From Allomuricauda sp. (GTDB lineage: Bacteria > Bacteroidota > Bacteroidia > Flavobacteriales > Flavobacteriaceae), in NCBI GenBank assembly GCA_048270465.1, contig JBLWSV010000003.1, positions 96,843-160,842 of the forward strand: a stretch of DNA of 64,000 bases, in the 5' to 3' direction. How positions within the stretch are numbered: the first letter of the stretch is position 1; every line of letters begins with the position of its first letter. Below the pieces are notes generated by a model. The model searched no databases and was not told the DNA's origin. It saw only the letters and a list, made by a program, of their open reading frames with translations. Positions 55,477-64,000 of this stretch are shown here, piece after piece. The position numbers were made by a program, and so were the translations under genes.

Positions 55477-57738
55477 ATGTACAGCAAACATAAGATCATC
55501 ACACTATTGTCCATCCTTTTGAGTGCTTTTGGAATGGCTCAGGAAACCAACAGTGGCCCACCCCCAAAAGTGGGATTGGTGCTCAGTGGTGGCGGAGCAA
55601 AGGGATTGGCCCACATTGGTGCACTCAAGGTCATCGAAGAAGCGGGCGTAAAGGTCGATTATATTGGAGGTACCAGCATGGGGGCCATAGTCGGGGCTCT
55701 TTACGCATCGGGCTATTCGGCCCAAGAGCTAGACTCCATATTCAGGGTCACTGACTTCGCAAGCCTTATACAAGACAATGTGCCAAGGGGAGCCAAGACC
55801 TTCTATGAAAAGGAAAATTCCGAACGCTACGCGCTCACCCTTCCCTTTACCAACTTCAAGGTGACCTTTCCGCAGGCCATTTCTGGCGGACAGAACATTT
55901 ACAATGAACTGGTACGCTTGCTGTTCCATGTCAAGGATATTCAAGATTTTAAAAAGTTGCCCATCCCATTTTTGTGCATGGCCACCAATGTGGAGACCGG
56001 GGAACAGGTATTGTTGGACCAAGGGTTTCTTCCAGAGGCCATTGTGGCCAGTGGCACATTTCCCTCTTTGTTCGAACCTTCTGAAATTGATGGTGACATT
56101 TTGATAGATGGGGGGGTCGTGAACAACTATCCCATAGACAGGGTCAAGGCCATGGGTGCGGATATCATCATTGGGGTGGATGTGCAACACGACCTGGCCA
56201 CCCGGGAATCCCTTTCATCGGCCACGGAGATTTTGTTGCAGATCAACAATTACCGAACGGTGAACGACATGAAGAAAAAATCGGAGGAAACGGATATTTA
56301 CATCAGGCCGGCCATTGATGAGTTCTCCGTGATCGATTTTGGGCGCAGCAAGGAAATCGTGGAGAGTGGTGAAGCAGCGGCAAAGGAAAAAATAACAGAA
56401 CTCAGGGCAATTGCTAGTGTCCAAAAGCATACCCCAAAACGTAGAAAAAGAATCCAGTTGATGGACAGCTTGACCATCAATAGGATGATCATACAGGGAA
56501 ACGATCGGTACACCAGAGGATACATCAAAGGAAAACTGAGGTTCAGCCTGGCCGAAAAAATTGCCTTCGACGAATTGAAACAGGGCATCAACAACCTTTC
56601 AGCCACAGGAAACTTCAAGGCAATAAGGTATGAGTTGGCATCCAATGGCCTGGGTACCGATCTGATTTTGAAGTTGAAGGAGAACCCGACCAAAATGTTC
56701 ATCAAAATGTCGGCCCACTATGATGACCTGTACAAGAGTTCGGCCCTCATCAACCTTACCAAAAAGAATTTCCTGATGAAGGACGATGTGGCCTCTTTTG
56801 ATTTTATCCTGGGCGATCACATACGTTACAATATGCAATACTATCTGGACAAAGGATATTATTGGAGCTTTGGTGTCAACTCCAAATTTACCGACTTCAA
56901 TTCTGAGATTGATTATTCGCTGATCCAAGGTAATTTTGATGTGCCATCTGACCCAAATATCCGTAGGGTCAATCTCGATGTCACCGATTTGACCAACCAG
57001 ATCTATCTACAGACCGTATTGCGCGAAGAATTTGCATTCAGGGTGGGTGCCGAGCACAAACTCCTAAAATATAGCACCCGGACACTCAACCAATTGGGTG
57101 AAGGTCTGGAGGTGGCCTCGACCTCTGAAAGGACCTATTTTGAAAACTCCAATTACTTCAGTGCCTTCGGAAAAATCACTTTGGATACCTATGACGACAA
57201 ATATTTTCCCACCAAGGGCCTCCTTTTTGACAGTGATTTTCACCTGTACCTGTTTTCATCGGATTTCAATGACAATTTTAGGGAATTTTCAGTGGGCAAA
57301 GGCCGATTGGGCACCGTTGTCCCTTTGTTCCATAACTTGAGCTTAAATATAGAAGCAGAGGGCGGGGTAAAACTGGGCACCTCCGGGGTAACCTCTTTTG
57401 ACTTCGTGCTGGGCGGTTTCGGCAACGACTTTGTGAACAATTTTGTGCCCTTTTTCGGTTATGATTTTTTAAGTCTTCCAGGGAACAGTTTTGTCAAAGG
57501 CTACGGAAGATTGGACTACAGGGTGGCCCCAAAGAACCATATCCTTTTTTCGGCAAATTTTGCCAATGTGGCCGATGATCTTTTTAGGACTGGCGACTGG
57601 TTTTCAGAGCCCAACTTTTTGGGTTATGGATTGGGATATGGCTTTGAATCGTTCCTTGGCCCCATCCAAATTTACTATTCTTGGTCCCCAGAGATAAAAA
57701 ATGACAGTATTTTCTTTAGTGTTGGCTTTTGGTTCTGA
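55477..57738 (+). CDS. Patatin-like phospholipase with POTRA and beta-barrel (PlpD-like)
   Basis: Signal peptide; LSGGGAKG, GTSMG (GxSxG), DGG; C-terminal barrel ending FSVGFWF. Confidence 0.9.
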   Translation: MYSKHKIITLLSILLSAFGMAQETNSGPPPKVGLVLSGGGAKGLAHIGALKVIEEAGVKVDYIGGTSMGAIVGALYASGYSAQELDSIFRVTDFASLIQDNVPRGAKTFYEKENSERYALTLPFTNFKVTFPQAISGGQNIYNELVRLLFHVKDIQDFKKLPIPFLCMATNVETGEQVLLDQGFLPEAIVASGTFPSLFEPSEIDGDILIDGGVVNNYPIDRVKAMGADIIIGVDVQHDLATRESLSSATEILLQINNYRTVNDMKKKSEETDIYIRPAIDEFSVIDFGRSKEIVESGEAAAKEKITELRAIASVQKHTPKRRKRIQLMDSLTINRMIIQGNDRYTRGYIKGKLRFSLAEKIAFDELKQGINNLSATGNFKAIRYELASNGLGTDLILKLKENPTKMFIKMSAHYDDLYKSSALINLTKKNFLMKDDVASFDFILGDHIRYNMQYYLDKGYYWSFGVNSKFTDFNSEIDYSLIQGNFDVPSDPNIRRVNLDVTDLTNQIYLQTVLREEFAFRVGAEHKLLKYSTRTLNQLGEGLEVASTSERTYFENSNYFSAFGKITLDTYDDKYFPTKGLLFDSDFHLYLFSSDFNDNFREFSVGKGRLGTVVPLFHNLSLNIEAEGGVKLGTSGVTSFDFVLGGFGNDFVNNFVPFFGYDFLSLPGNSFVKGYGRLDYRVAPKNHILFSANFANVADDLFRTGDWFSEPNFLGYGLGYGFESFLGPIQIYYSWSPEIKNDSIFFSVGFWF

Positions 57739-57864
57739 TACCAAGTGTTTGCCAAACACCCCTGTTTTCTTAATAATTTGCCAAAAAAATGGGCTTGGGC
57801 CATCAAAAAAGCAGAAGTATAGTTAAAGTCCGTTAAAAACTCTTTTTCCTACAAAACCTTGATC

Positions 57865-57979
57865 TATATTTGCATCAGATAAGGGGTGGTTCCCTTATGA
57901 CTTTAAGTATTGGTTTTTCATAATTTAAAGTTTGGTTGGTTATTTAGGAAAAGCCCAGTTTCAAGACTGGGCTTTTTTT
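57865..57979 (+). ncRNA. Candidate small RNA (own promoter, 5' hairpin, intrinsic terminator)
   Basis: TATATTTG at 57865-57872; hairpin ATAAGGG/CCCTTAT 57879-57898; terminator 57949-57979; no plus-strand ORF seen. Confidence 0.55.
57949..57979 (+). terminator. Intrinsic terminator
   Basis: AAAAGCCCAGT-TTCAAG-ACTGGGC-T7. Confidence 0.88.
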
Positions 57980-58071
57980 GTACATACTATTTTGGAACAA
58001 GTTTTGTTTAAGTATATGTAAAGCAAACAGCCCCAACACCAATTTTGTTATTTTTATATCAAGTAAAATAT

Positions 58072-58851
58072 ATGAAAAAGATACTTCTTCTACTTTTCCT
58101 AGTGATGGCCATCCCTATGGCGGGACAAAAGTTCCAGCCCGCTTTTAAGTCCGGGGAGTGGCTCAAGTTCAGGATCCACTACGGAATTTTGAATGCTAGC
58201 TACGCCACCATGCACCTTACTTCAAAGACTTTGGACAGTATTCCTGTGTACCATGTGGTGGGCAATGGAAAAACAACGGGATTCGCGAGTATCTTCTTTA
58301 AGGTGGACGACACTTATGAAAGCTATTTTGGAAGAAGGAACGGACGGCCCTACAAGTTCATCAGAAAAATCGACGAGGGCGGCTATACCAAGGACATAGA
58401 GATCAATTTTGACTATGATAAGAAAAAGGCCGTGCTGACGGACCACAAGAATGGGACCGAAATGGACATTCCCGTGCACAACCAGATCCAAGACCTGATT
58501 TCTGCTTCCTATTTTTTGAGAAACAATTATAACCTTGAAGAGTTCGAAGAGGGACAATCCATAAACCTGGACATGCTCTTTGATGATGATGGGGTGTTCC
58601 AGTTCAAATTGAAATATTTGGGAAAAGAAGTACTCAGAACCAAGTTTGGGAAAGTGGAATGTCTTAAATTTAGGCCCTATGTTCAATCGGGGCGGGTTTT
58701 TAAGGAAAAGGAAAGCCTAACCCTTTGGGTATCGAACGATCTGAACAAAATCCCGATCCGCATCAAGGCAGATTTGGCCGTTGGGTCGCTGAAAGCCGAT
58801 CTGGAAGCGTACAATGGATTGAGGAACCAGTTTAAAATCATAATGAATTAG
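58072..58851 (+). CDS. DUF3108 family exported protein
   Basis: Start ATG 58072; GEWLKFRIHYG, FKVDDTYESY, LWVSNDLNKIPIRIKA.LAVGSLKA. Confidence 0.82.
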   Translation: MKKILLLLFLVMAIPMAGQKFQPAFKSGEWLKFRIHYGILNASYATMHLTSKTLDSIPVYHVVGNGKTTGFASIFFKVDDTYESYFGRRNGRPYKFIRKIDEGGYTKDIEINFDYDKKKAVLTDHKNGTEMDIPVHNQIQDLISASYFLRNNYNLEEFEEGQSINLDMLFDDDGVFQFKLKYLGKEVLRTKFGKVECLKFRPYVQSGRVFKEKESLTLWVSNDLNKIPIRIKADLAVGSLKADLEAYNGLRNQFKIIMN

Positions 58852-58865
58852 TTAGTACGGCATTA

Positions 58866-59846
58866 ATGGAAAATGGTGCAAAAATCCAGTCACAGATCAA
58901 CAAACTAGAAGAAAAGTACAAAAACTCGGGGCAAGACCTGAGTTCCTATCTGGACGGGCTCCTCTACCAAAGATATCTCACCTATTGGGACTACATCCAT
59001 TTGGACACCCTTTTGAGCATCCAAGTGCCGCGCACCCATTTTCCGGATGAAGAGATCTTCATCATGTACCACCAGATCACCGAACTCTATTTCAAGCTCA
59101 TCATCCATGAACAAAAACAGATTGTCGAGGACAAGTCCCAAGATGTTCCCTTTTTTATTGAAAAAGTAAACAGGATCAACAACTATTTCAAGGCACTTAT
59201 TTCCTCCTTCAGCATCATGATCAAGGGAATGGAGCGCGAACAGTTCCTTCGCTATCGAATGGCCCTGCTTCCCGCAAGCGGTTTCCAATCGGCCCAATAC
59301 AGGATGATCGAGATCTATGCGACCCCGTTGGAAAATTTGGTGCACCATACCGAAAGACATTCTTTTTCATCACAAGACAGCATTGAGGAGCTCTTTGAGC
59401 ATATCTATTGGAAAAAAGGGGCGACCGATCTGGCAACCGGTGAAAAAACCTTGACCCTGAAACAGTTTGAGGCGAGATATACCCCTAGGCTGTTGAGGAT
59501 AGCCACCCAAGTGAAAAACAGTACCATTTATCACAAATACCTCCAGCTCCCCGATGCATCCAAGGACAATGAAGCGCTGAAAAAAGCGTTAAGGGAATTG
59601 GACCTGAACGCCAATGTGAACTGGCCGTTGATGCACATGGGATCTGCATACAGGTATTTGACCAAGGACAACAAGGACGTACAGGCTACTGGGGGAACAA
59701 ATTGGAAAGAGTTTTTGCCCCCAAGTTTTCAAAAAATAATATTTTTCCCAACTTTGTATTCAGAAGAAGAACTGGACACATGGGGAAAACAATGGGTGGA
59801 TCATATTTTTAACCCGGCAAACAAGGATTACAAGGAATTAGGATAA
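58866..59846 (+). CDS. kynA: Tryptophan 2,3-dioxygenase family protein
   Basis: YWDYIHLD, FIMYHQITEL, PASGFQSAQYR, proximal His LMHMG, TGGT. Confidence 0.85.
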   Translation: MENGAKIQSQINKLEEKYKNSGQDLSSYLDGLLYQRYLTYWDYIHLDTLLSIQVPRTHFPDEEIFIMYHQITELYFKLIIHEQKQIVEDKSQDVPFFIEKVNRINNYFKALISSFSIMIKGMEREQFLRYRMALLPASGFQSAQYRMIEIYATPLENLVHHTERHSFSSQDSIEELFEHIYWKKGATDLATGEKTLTLKQFEARYTPRLLRIATQVKNSTIYHKYLQLPDASKDNEALKKALRELDLNANVNWPLMHMGSAYRYLTKDNKDVQATGGTNWKEFLPPSFQKIIFFPTLYSEEELDTWGKQWVDHIFNPANKDYKELG

Positions 59847-59848
59847 CG

Positions 59849-61126
59849 ATGCAAAAATTTATTGGGGCAATATTGACACTTATGGTATTGGTGTCGTGCA
59901 AACAGACCAAGGAACCGGTCGATGAAGTGGCTATAGTGGAAACAATCGAGAAACCACCTGTTTTGCACTATGGCTTCAATCTGGACGAATTCAATGTGGT
60001 ACGAGATACCATAAAACGGGGCGACAGCTTTGGGGAGCTTATGCTAAAGAACAAAGTGGACTACCCCAAAATTGCAGCCATTTCCGAAAACTATCGGGAC
60101 ACTTTCGATGTGCGGAAGATCAAAGTGGGCAAACCCTATCTCATCCTCAAATCGAAGGATACATCCGAAGTGGCCAAAGTGTTCATCTACCAAGAAGACA
60201 AGATCAACTATACCGTGGTGGACCTCAGGGACAGTGCAGTGGCCTACAAGAGCAAAAGAAAGGTAAAACTTATGGAAAGGGAAGTGGGCGGTGTCATTGA
60301 CAACAGTCTTTCCGAAACCATGGACAATTTGGGTGTGGATTATAGCGTCACTATCGGTCTTTCCGAAATCTATGCCTGGACCATAGACTTTTTCAAACTG
60401 GAAAAGGGCGACAAGTTCAAGGTCATTTTTGATGAACGATATATAAACGACAGTATTTATGCAGGTCGAGGCCGCATCAAGGCCGCCTATTTTGAGCACA
60501 AGGGAAGACCCATCTATGCCTTTCCTTACGTAACGGATTCCGTGAAGAACATTTTGGACTACTTCGATCAAGATGCCAACAATCTGCGGAGTACATTCCT
60601 CAGGGCACCCATCAAGTTTGGTTATCGCCTGTCGTCCAGATACAACCTGAAGCGCAGGATTGCCTATTATGGCTACAAGGTAAGGCCACACAAGGGCACC
60701 GACTATGCCGCACCCATTGGCACACCCATTGTGGCTACCGCAGACGGCACCGTCACCGAATCCACCCGAAGGGGAGGCAATGGAAAATATGTGAAGATCA
60801 AGCACAACGGCACCTATAGCACCCAGTACCTTCACATGAAGGCCCAGAACGTGAAAAAGGGCGATTTTGTGCGCCAAGGAGATGTTATTGGTTGGATTGG
60901 AATGACAGGGAACACAGGCGGACCGCACGTATGTTATCGCTTTTGGAAGCACGGACGGCAAGTGGACCCCTTGAAAGAAGAGCTTCCCGCCGCGGAACCC
61001 ATTGTGGATTCCCTACGGATGCAATATATAGCTCACATTGAGCCTTTAAAGACGCAGTTGGACTGCATCGAGTTCACGGAACCTGCCCCCGAGCTTGAAG
61101 AAACCTTAATAACTTATAACCAGTAA
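59849..61126 (+). CDS. M23 family peptidoglycan DD-endopeptidase (MepM-like)
   Basis: [33 protein letters not shown]; possible lipobox LVSC. Confidence 0.9.
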   Translation: MQKFIGAILTLMVLVSCKQTKEPVDEVAIVETIEKPPVLHYGFNLDEFNVVRDTIKRGDSFGELMLKNKVDYPKIAAISENYRDTFDVRKIKVGKPYLILKSKDTSEVAKVFIYQEDKINYTVVDLRDSAVAYKSKRKVKLMEREVGGVIDNSLSETMDNLGVDYSVTIGLSEIYAWTIDFFKLEKGDKFKVIFDERYINDSIYAGRGRIKAAYFEHKGRPIYAFPYVTDSVKNILDYFDQDANNLRSTFLRAPIKFGYRLSSRYNLKRRIAYYGYKVRPHKGTDYAAPIGTPIVATADGTVTESTRRGGNGKYVKIKHNGTYSTQYLHMKAQNVKKGDFVRQGDVIGWIGMTGNTGGPHVCYRFWKHGRQVDPLKEELPAAEPIVDSLRMQYIAHIEPLKTQLDCIEFTEPAPELEETLITYNQ

Positions 61127-62763
61127 TGGCATTACCCAAAAATGACCCCACTGTCACCAAAGCTTGGAAAAAACTTTTAGCACATTACCAAAAAAATAAG
61201 GACGTACACTTAAAGGACCTATTTGCCACGGATACTGATCGCGGCAAAAAATTCACATTCCAGTGGAACGATTTTTTGGTGGACTATTCAAAGAATAGGA
61301 TCACTGAAGAAACACTTTCCCTCCTTTTTGAACTCGCCGAAGAAGCAGGCTTAAAAGAAGCCATCAATAGCTATTTTGAAGGAGACCTCATCAACCAAAC
61401 TGAGGGCAGGGCCGTGCTGCACACTGCTCTTAGGGCAAAAAAGGAAGATAGGGTATTGTTGGATGGGCAGAACATCGTGGACGAGGTTTTTGAGGTCAGG
61501 GAAAAGATCAAAGCCTTTTCAGAAGAGGTCATATCAGGAAAAAGAAAGGGTTTTAGCGGCAAACCCTTTACGGATGTGGTCAATATTGGCATCGGCGGTT
61601 CCGACTTGGGTCCGGTGATGGTCACCGAAGCCCTAAAATTCTATAAAAACCACCTTAAGGTACATTTTGTGAGCAATGTGGACGGCGACCACGTCCATGA
61701 ATCCTTGAAGGAATTGGACCCAGAGACCACACTCTTTATCATCGTTTCCAAATCGTTTACCACACAGGAAACGTTGAGCAATGCCCTCACCATCAAAAAA
61801 TGGTTTTTGCAAAACGCTTCGGAGAAAGATGTAGCCGACCATTTCGTGGCCGTCTCCACCAACTTGAAAAAAATCAAGGAATTTGGCATAGCCGATGACA
61901 ATGTTTTCCCCATGTGGGACTGGGTCGGTGGTCGATTTTCACTTTGGAGTGCCGTTGGGATTTCCATTGCCTTATCCATAGGATATAAAAACTTTGAAGA
62001 ACTTTTGAGCGGTGCCCACGAAATGGACCTTCATTTCAGGGAAACCCCATTCCAGGAAAACATTCCAATTGTTTTGGCACTGATCAGCGTTTGGTACAAT
62101 AACTTTTTTGGTGCCGAAACGGAGGCCATCATTCCCTATACACAATACCTGCATCGCTTTTCGGCCTATCTGCAACAGGGTATCATGGAAAGCAACGGCA
62201 AGAGCATGGACCGGAACGGGAACAGGGTTTCCCACCAGACCGGGACCATTATTTGGGGAGAGCCGGGAACCAATTCACAACATGCGTTCTTCCAGCTGAT
62301 CCACCAAGGAACAAAGCTCATCCCAGCGGATTTTATCGGTTTCAAGGAATCGTTGCATGGCGATGTGTCCCATCACAACAAACTTATGGCCAACTTTTTT
62401 GCACAGACCGAGGCCCTGATGAACGGAAAAACCCGGAACGAGGTGCAGACCGAACTTGAGGCACAAAACCTGACCGAGACAAAATTGCAAAACTTATTGC
62501 CTTTCAAGGTATTCGAGGGCAACAAGCCCACCAATACCCTCTTGATCCAAAAGCTCACCCCAAAAAGCCTGGGAGCACTCATTGCCCTTTATGAACACAA
62601 AATTTTCGTGCAGGGCATTGTATGGAACATCTTCAGCTATGATCAGTGGGGCGTGGAATTGGGAAAACAACTTGCCGATACCATTCTCACCGAAATTGAA
62701 AATTCAGAAATTGGCAAGCACGACAGCTCCACACTACAACTTCTGCAATTTTTTAAGGAGTAG
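61126..62763 (+). CDS. pgi: Glucose-6-phosphate isomerase
   Basis: [59 protein letters not shown]; TAATG overlap with the M23 gene. Confidence 0.98.
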   Translation: MALPKNDPTVTKAWKKLLAHYQKNKDVHLKDLFATDTDRGKKFTFQWNDFLVDYSKNRITEETLSLLFELAEEAGLKEAINSYFEGDLINQTEGRAVLHTALRAKKEDRVLLDGQNIVDEVFEVREKIKAFSEEVISGKRKGFSGKPFTDVVNIGIGGSDLGPVMVTEALKFYKNHLKVHFVSNVDGDHVHESLKELDPETTLFIIVSKSFTTQETLSNALTIKKWFLQNASEKDVADHFVAVSTNLKKIKEFGIADDNVFPMWDWVGGRFSLWSAVGISIALSIGYKNFEELLSGAHEMDLHFRETPFQENIPIVLALISVWYNNFFGAETEAIIPYTQYLHRFSAYLQQGIMESNGKSMDRNGNRVSHQTGTIIWGEPGTNSQHAFFQLIHQGTKLIPADFIGFKESLHGDVSHHNKLMANFFAQTEALMNGKTRNEVQTELEAQNLTETKLQNLLPFKVFEGNKPTNTLLIQKLTPKSLGALIALYEHKIFVQGIVWNIFSYDQWGVELGKQLADTILTEIENSEIGKHDSSTLQLLQFFKE

Positions 62764-62934
62764 GCTGCGGGGTTCCTATTTGTGGATAAAAACGCCAAAC
62801 AATTGTTTGTCAGCCAACATTGTTTGTTAATTTTGTGTTAACCAAAACGTTCTTTTTTAACTTTGGCTTAATCGCAGTGTGTCAAAAATGGATCACATTT
62901 GCAGGGCTAATTAAACACTTAAACACTGAATTAA

Positions 62935-64000
62935 ATGAAAAGAATCTACTTGGCTTTTGCGGCAGTTTTGATGTCCGCAATGGCGTTTGCACAAGGAACT
63001 CTTACTGGGACGGTCACAGACGGTGAGCTGGGCGGACCGCTTCCAGGAGCTACTGTAATGGTCAAGGGGACCAACACAGGCACATCAACTGATTTTGATG
63101 GAAACTTTACTTTGGAAGTCAACCAAAGTTCCGGCACACTTTTGATTTCCTATATTGGATTTGTCACCAAGAGTGTTCCCTTTAGCACAACAGGAAGTGT
63201 AGGCACCATTGCCCTACAGCCAGATGCCGAGGAATTGGAAGGTGTTGTTTTGGTAGGTACAGGTATTATTGACCTTGCTGCCGACAGAAAGACACCAATA
63301 GCGGTTTCTTCCATCCCTGTTAAAATTATACAAGAGAAAATAGGGACCCAAGATGTTACCATGACCTTGGTAAATACGCCATCTGTTTATGTTTCAGGAC
63401 AATCAGGAGGGTTTGGTGACACGAACATGCGGGTTCGGGGTTTTGAGCAGGACAATACTGCTTTCCTATTGAACGGTCAGCCCATCAATGGTATGGAAGA
63501 TGGTTTGATGTACTGGTCAAACTGGTCCGGTCTTAACGATATTGCAACAGGGGTACAGATCCAAAGGGGCCTTGGTTCTTCCAAATTGGCCATTTCCTCT
63601 GTGGGAGGTACCGTAAACTTTGTGACCAAAGCCACTGAAATGAACGAAGGGGGTTTTGGTTACGCTACTGTTGCCAACAACAACTACATCAAAACAACAG
63701 CTGGATACAATACTGGTATTTCCGATAAAGGTTGGGGTATGAGTGTTATGCTTTCCCACTGGCAGGGAGATGGTTATAACGAAGGGAATTTTGGAGAGGG
63801 GCAGACTTATTTTATTTCTGTGGGATACAGGCCCAATGATAACCACGGATTCAACTTTTTGGTTACAGGAGCTCCACAGTTCCACGATCAAAACTTCACA
63901 AAACCAATTTCCGACTATCTGGAGTACGGCTTACGTTACAACAATAACTGGGGAACTTACAATGGTCAATATATGACCGAAAGAAGGAACTTCTACCACA
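62935..64000 (+). CDS. TonB-dependent receptor, N-terminal part (runs off window)
   Basis: Read manually from ATG 62935: MKRIYLAFAAVLMSAMAFAQ.., PLPGATV..TSTDFDGNF, plug RKTPIAVS..RVRGF..IQRGLGSS; TAnnTTTG elements at 62828 and 62858. Confidence 0.88.
   Translation, partial: MKRIYLAFAAVLMSAMAFAQGTLTGTVTDGELGGPLPGATVMVKGTNTGTSTDFDGNFTLEVNQSSGTLLISYIGFVTKSVPFSTTGSVGTIALQPDAEELEGVVLVGTGIIDLAADRKTPIAVSSIPVKIIQEKIGTQDVTMTLVNTPSVYVSGQSGGFGDTNMRVRGFEQDNTAFLLNGQPINGMEDGLMYWSNWSGLNDIATGVQIQRGLGSSKLAISSVGGTVNFVTKATEMNEGGFGYATVANNNYIKTTAGYNTGISDKGWGMSVMLSHWQGDGYNEGNFGEGQTYFISVGYRPNDNHGFNFLVTGAPQFHDQNFTKPISDYLEYGLRYNNNWGTYNGQYMTERRNFYH

Noticed and set aside
60044-60961. 305-aa minus-strand ORF
   Set aside because: Antisense shadow of the M23 peptidase; no family features
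62911-62927. Direct repeat TTAAACAC x2 before the last TonB receptor
   Set aside because: Short, AT-rich and within the A-rich translation-initiation region; not distinguishable from chance

Overview
64 kb of core-type chromosome from a Flavobacteriaceae (Bacteroidota) bacterium; the family assignment rests on gldD/gldE, DUF4270, TAnnTTTG promoter elements and the split atpD-atpC unit. No rRNA, tRNA, CRISPR array, transposase or prophage was seen. Most genes are housekeeping or envelope genes: M16 peptidase pair, gldDE, ssb, mutY, HU, bS22, RNase G/E, recX, atpDC, glmS, panCD, radA, xth, ileS, dksA, lspA, uvrC, PlpD-like patatin, kynA, M23 peptidase, pgi and three TonB-dependent receptors. 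Most interesting: (1) a biotin cluster (bioF-DUF2007-bioD // bioA-KAS-bioB-JmjC) with no recognisable pimelate-forming gene, which instead carries a FabF/B-type condensing enzyme, a JmjC Fe(II)/2OG oxygenase and a zinc-ribbon protein, and is interrupted by two opposite-strand ArnT/PMT-type glycosyltransferases; (2) an OprC-like copper TonB receptor preceded by a Cys-rich membrane ORF ending in a Pro-Pro motif, a candidate Bacteroidota analogue of copper-sensing ribosome-stalling leader proteins, with a divergent Met-rich lipoprotein; (3) an unannotated ~100-nt promoter-hairpin-terminator unit (57865-57979) whose core is antisense to a typical Bacteroidota translation start; (4) a nested REP-like palindrome, a heptamer-based inverted repeat inside the atp operon, and several operator-like palindromes; (5) active-site variants (IleRS GIHH, M23 HxC, Ser-less esterase, KTGGL-less half glycogen synthase). 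All functional calls come from motif recognition by eye; no database search was run.
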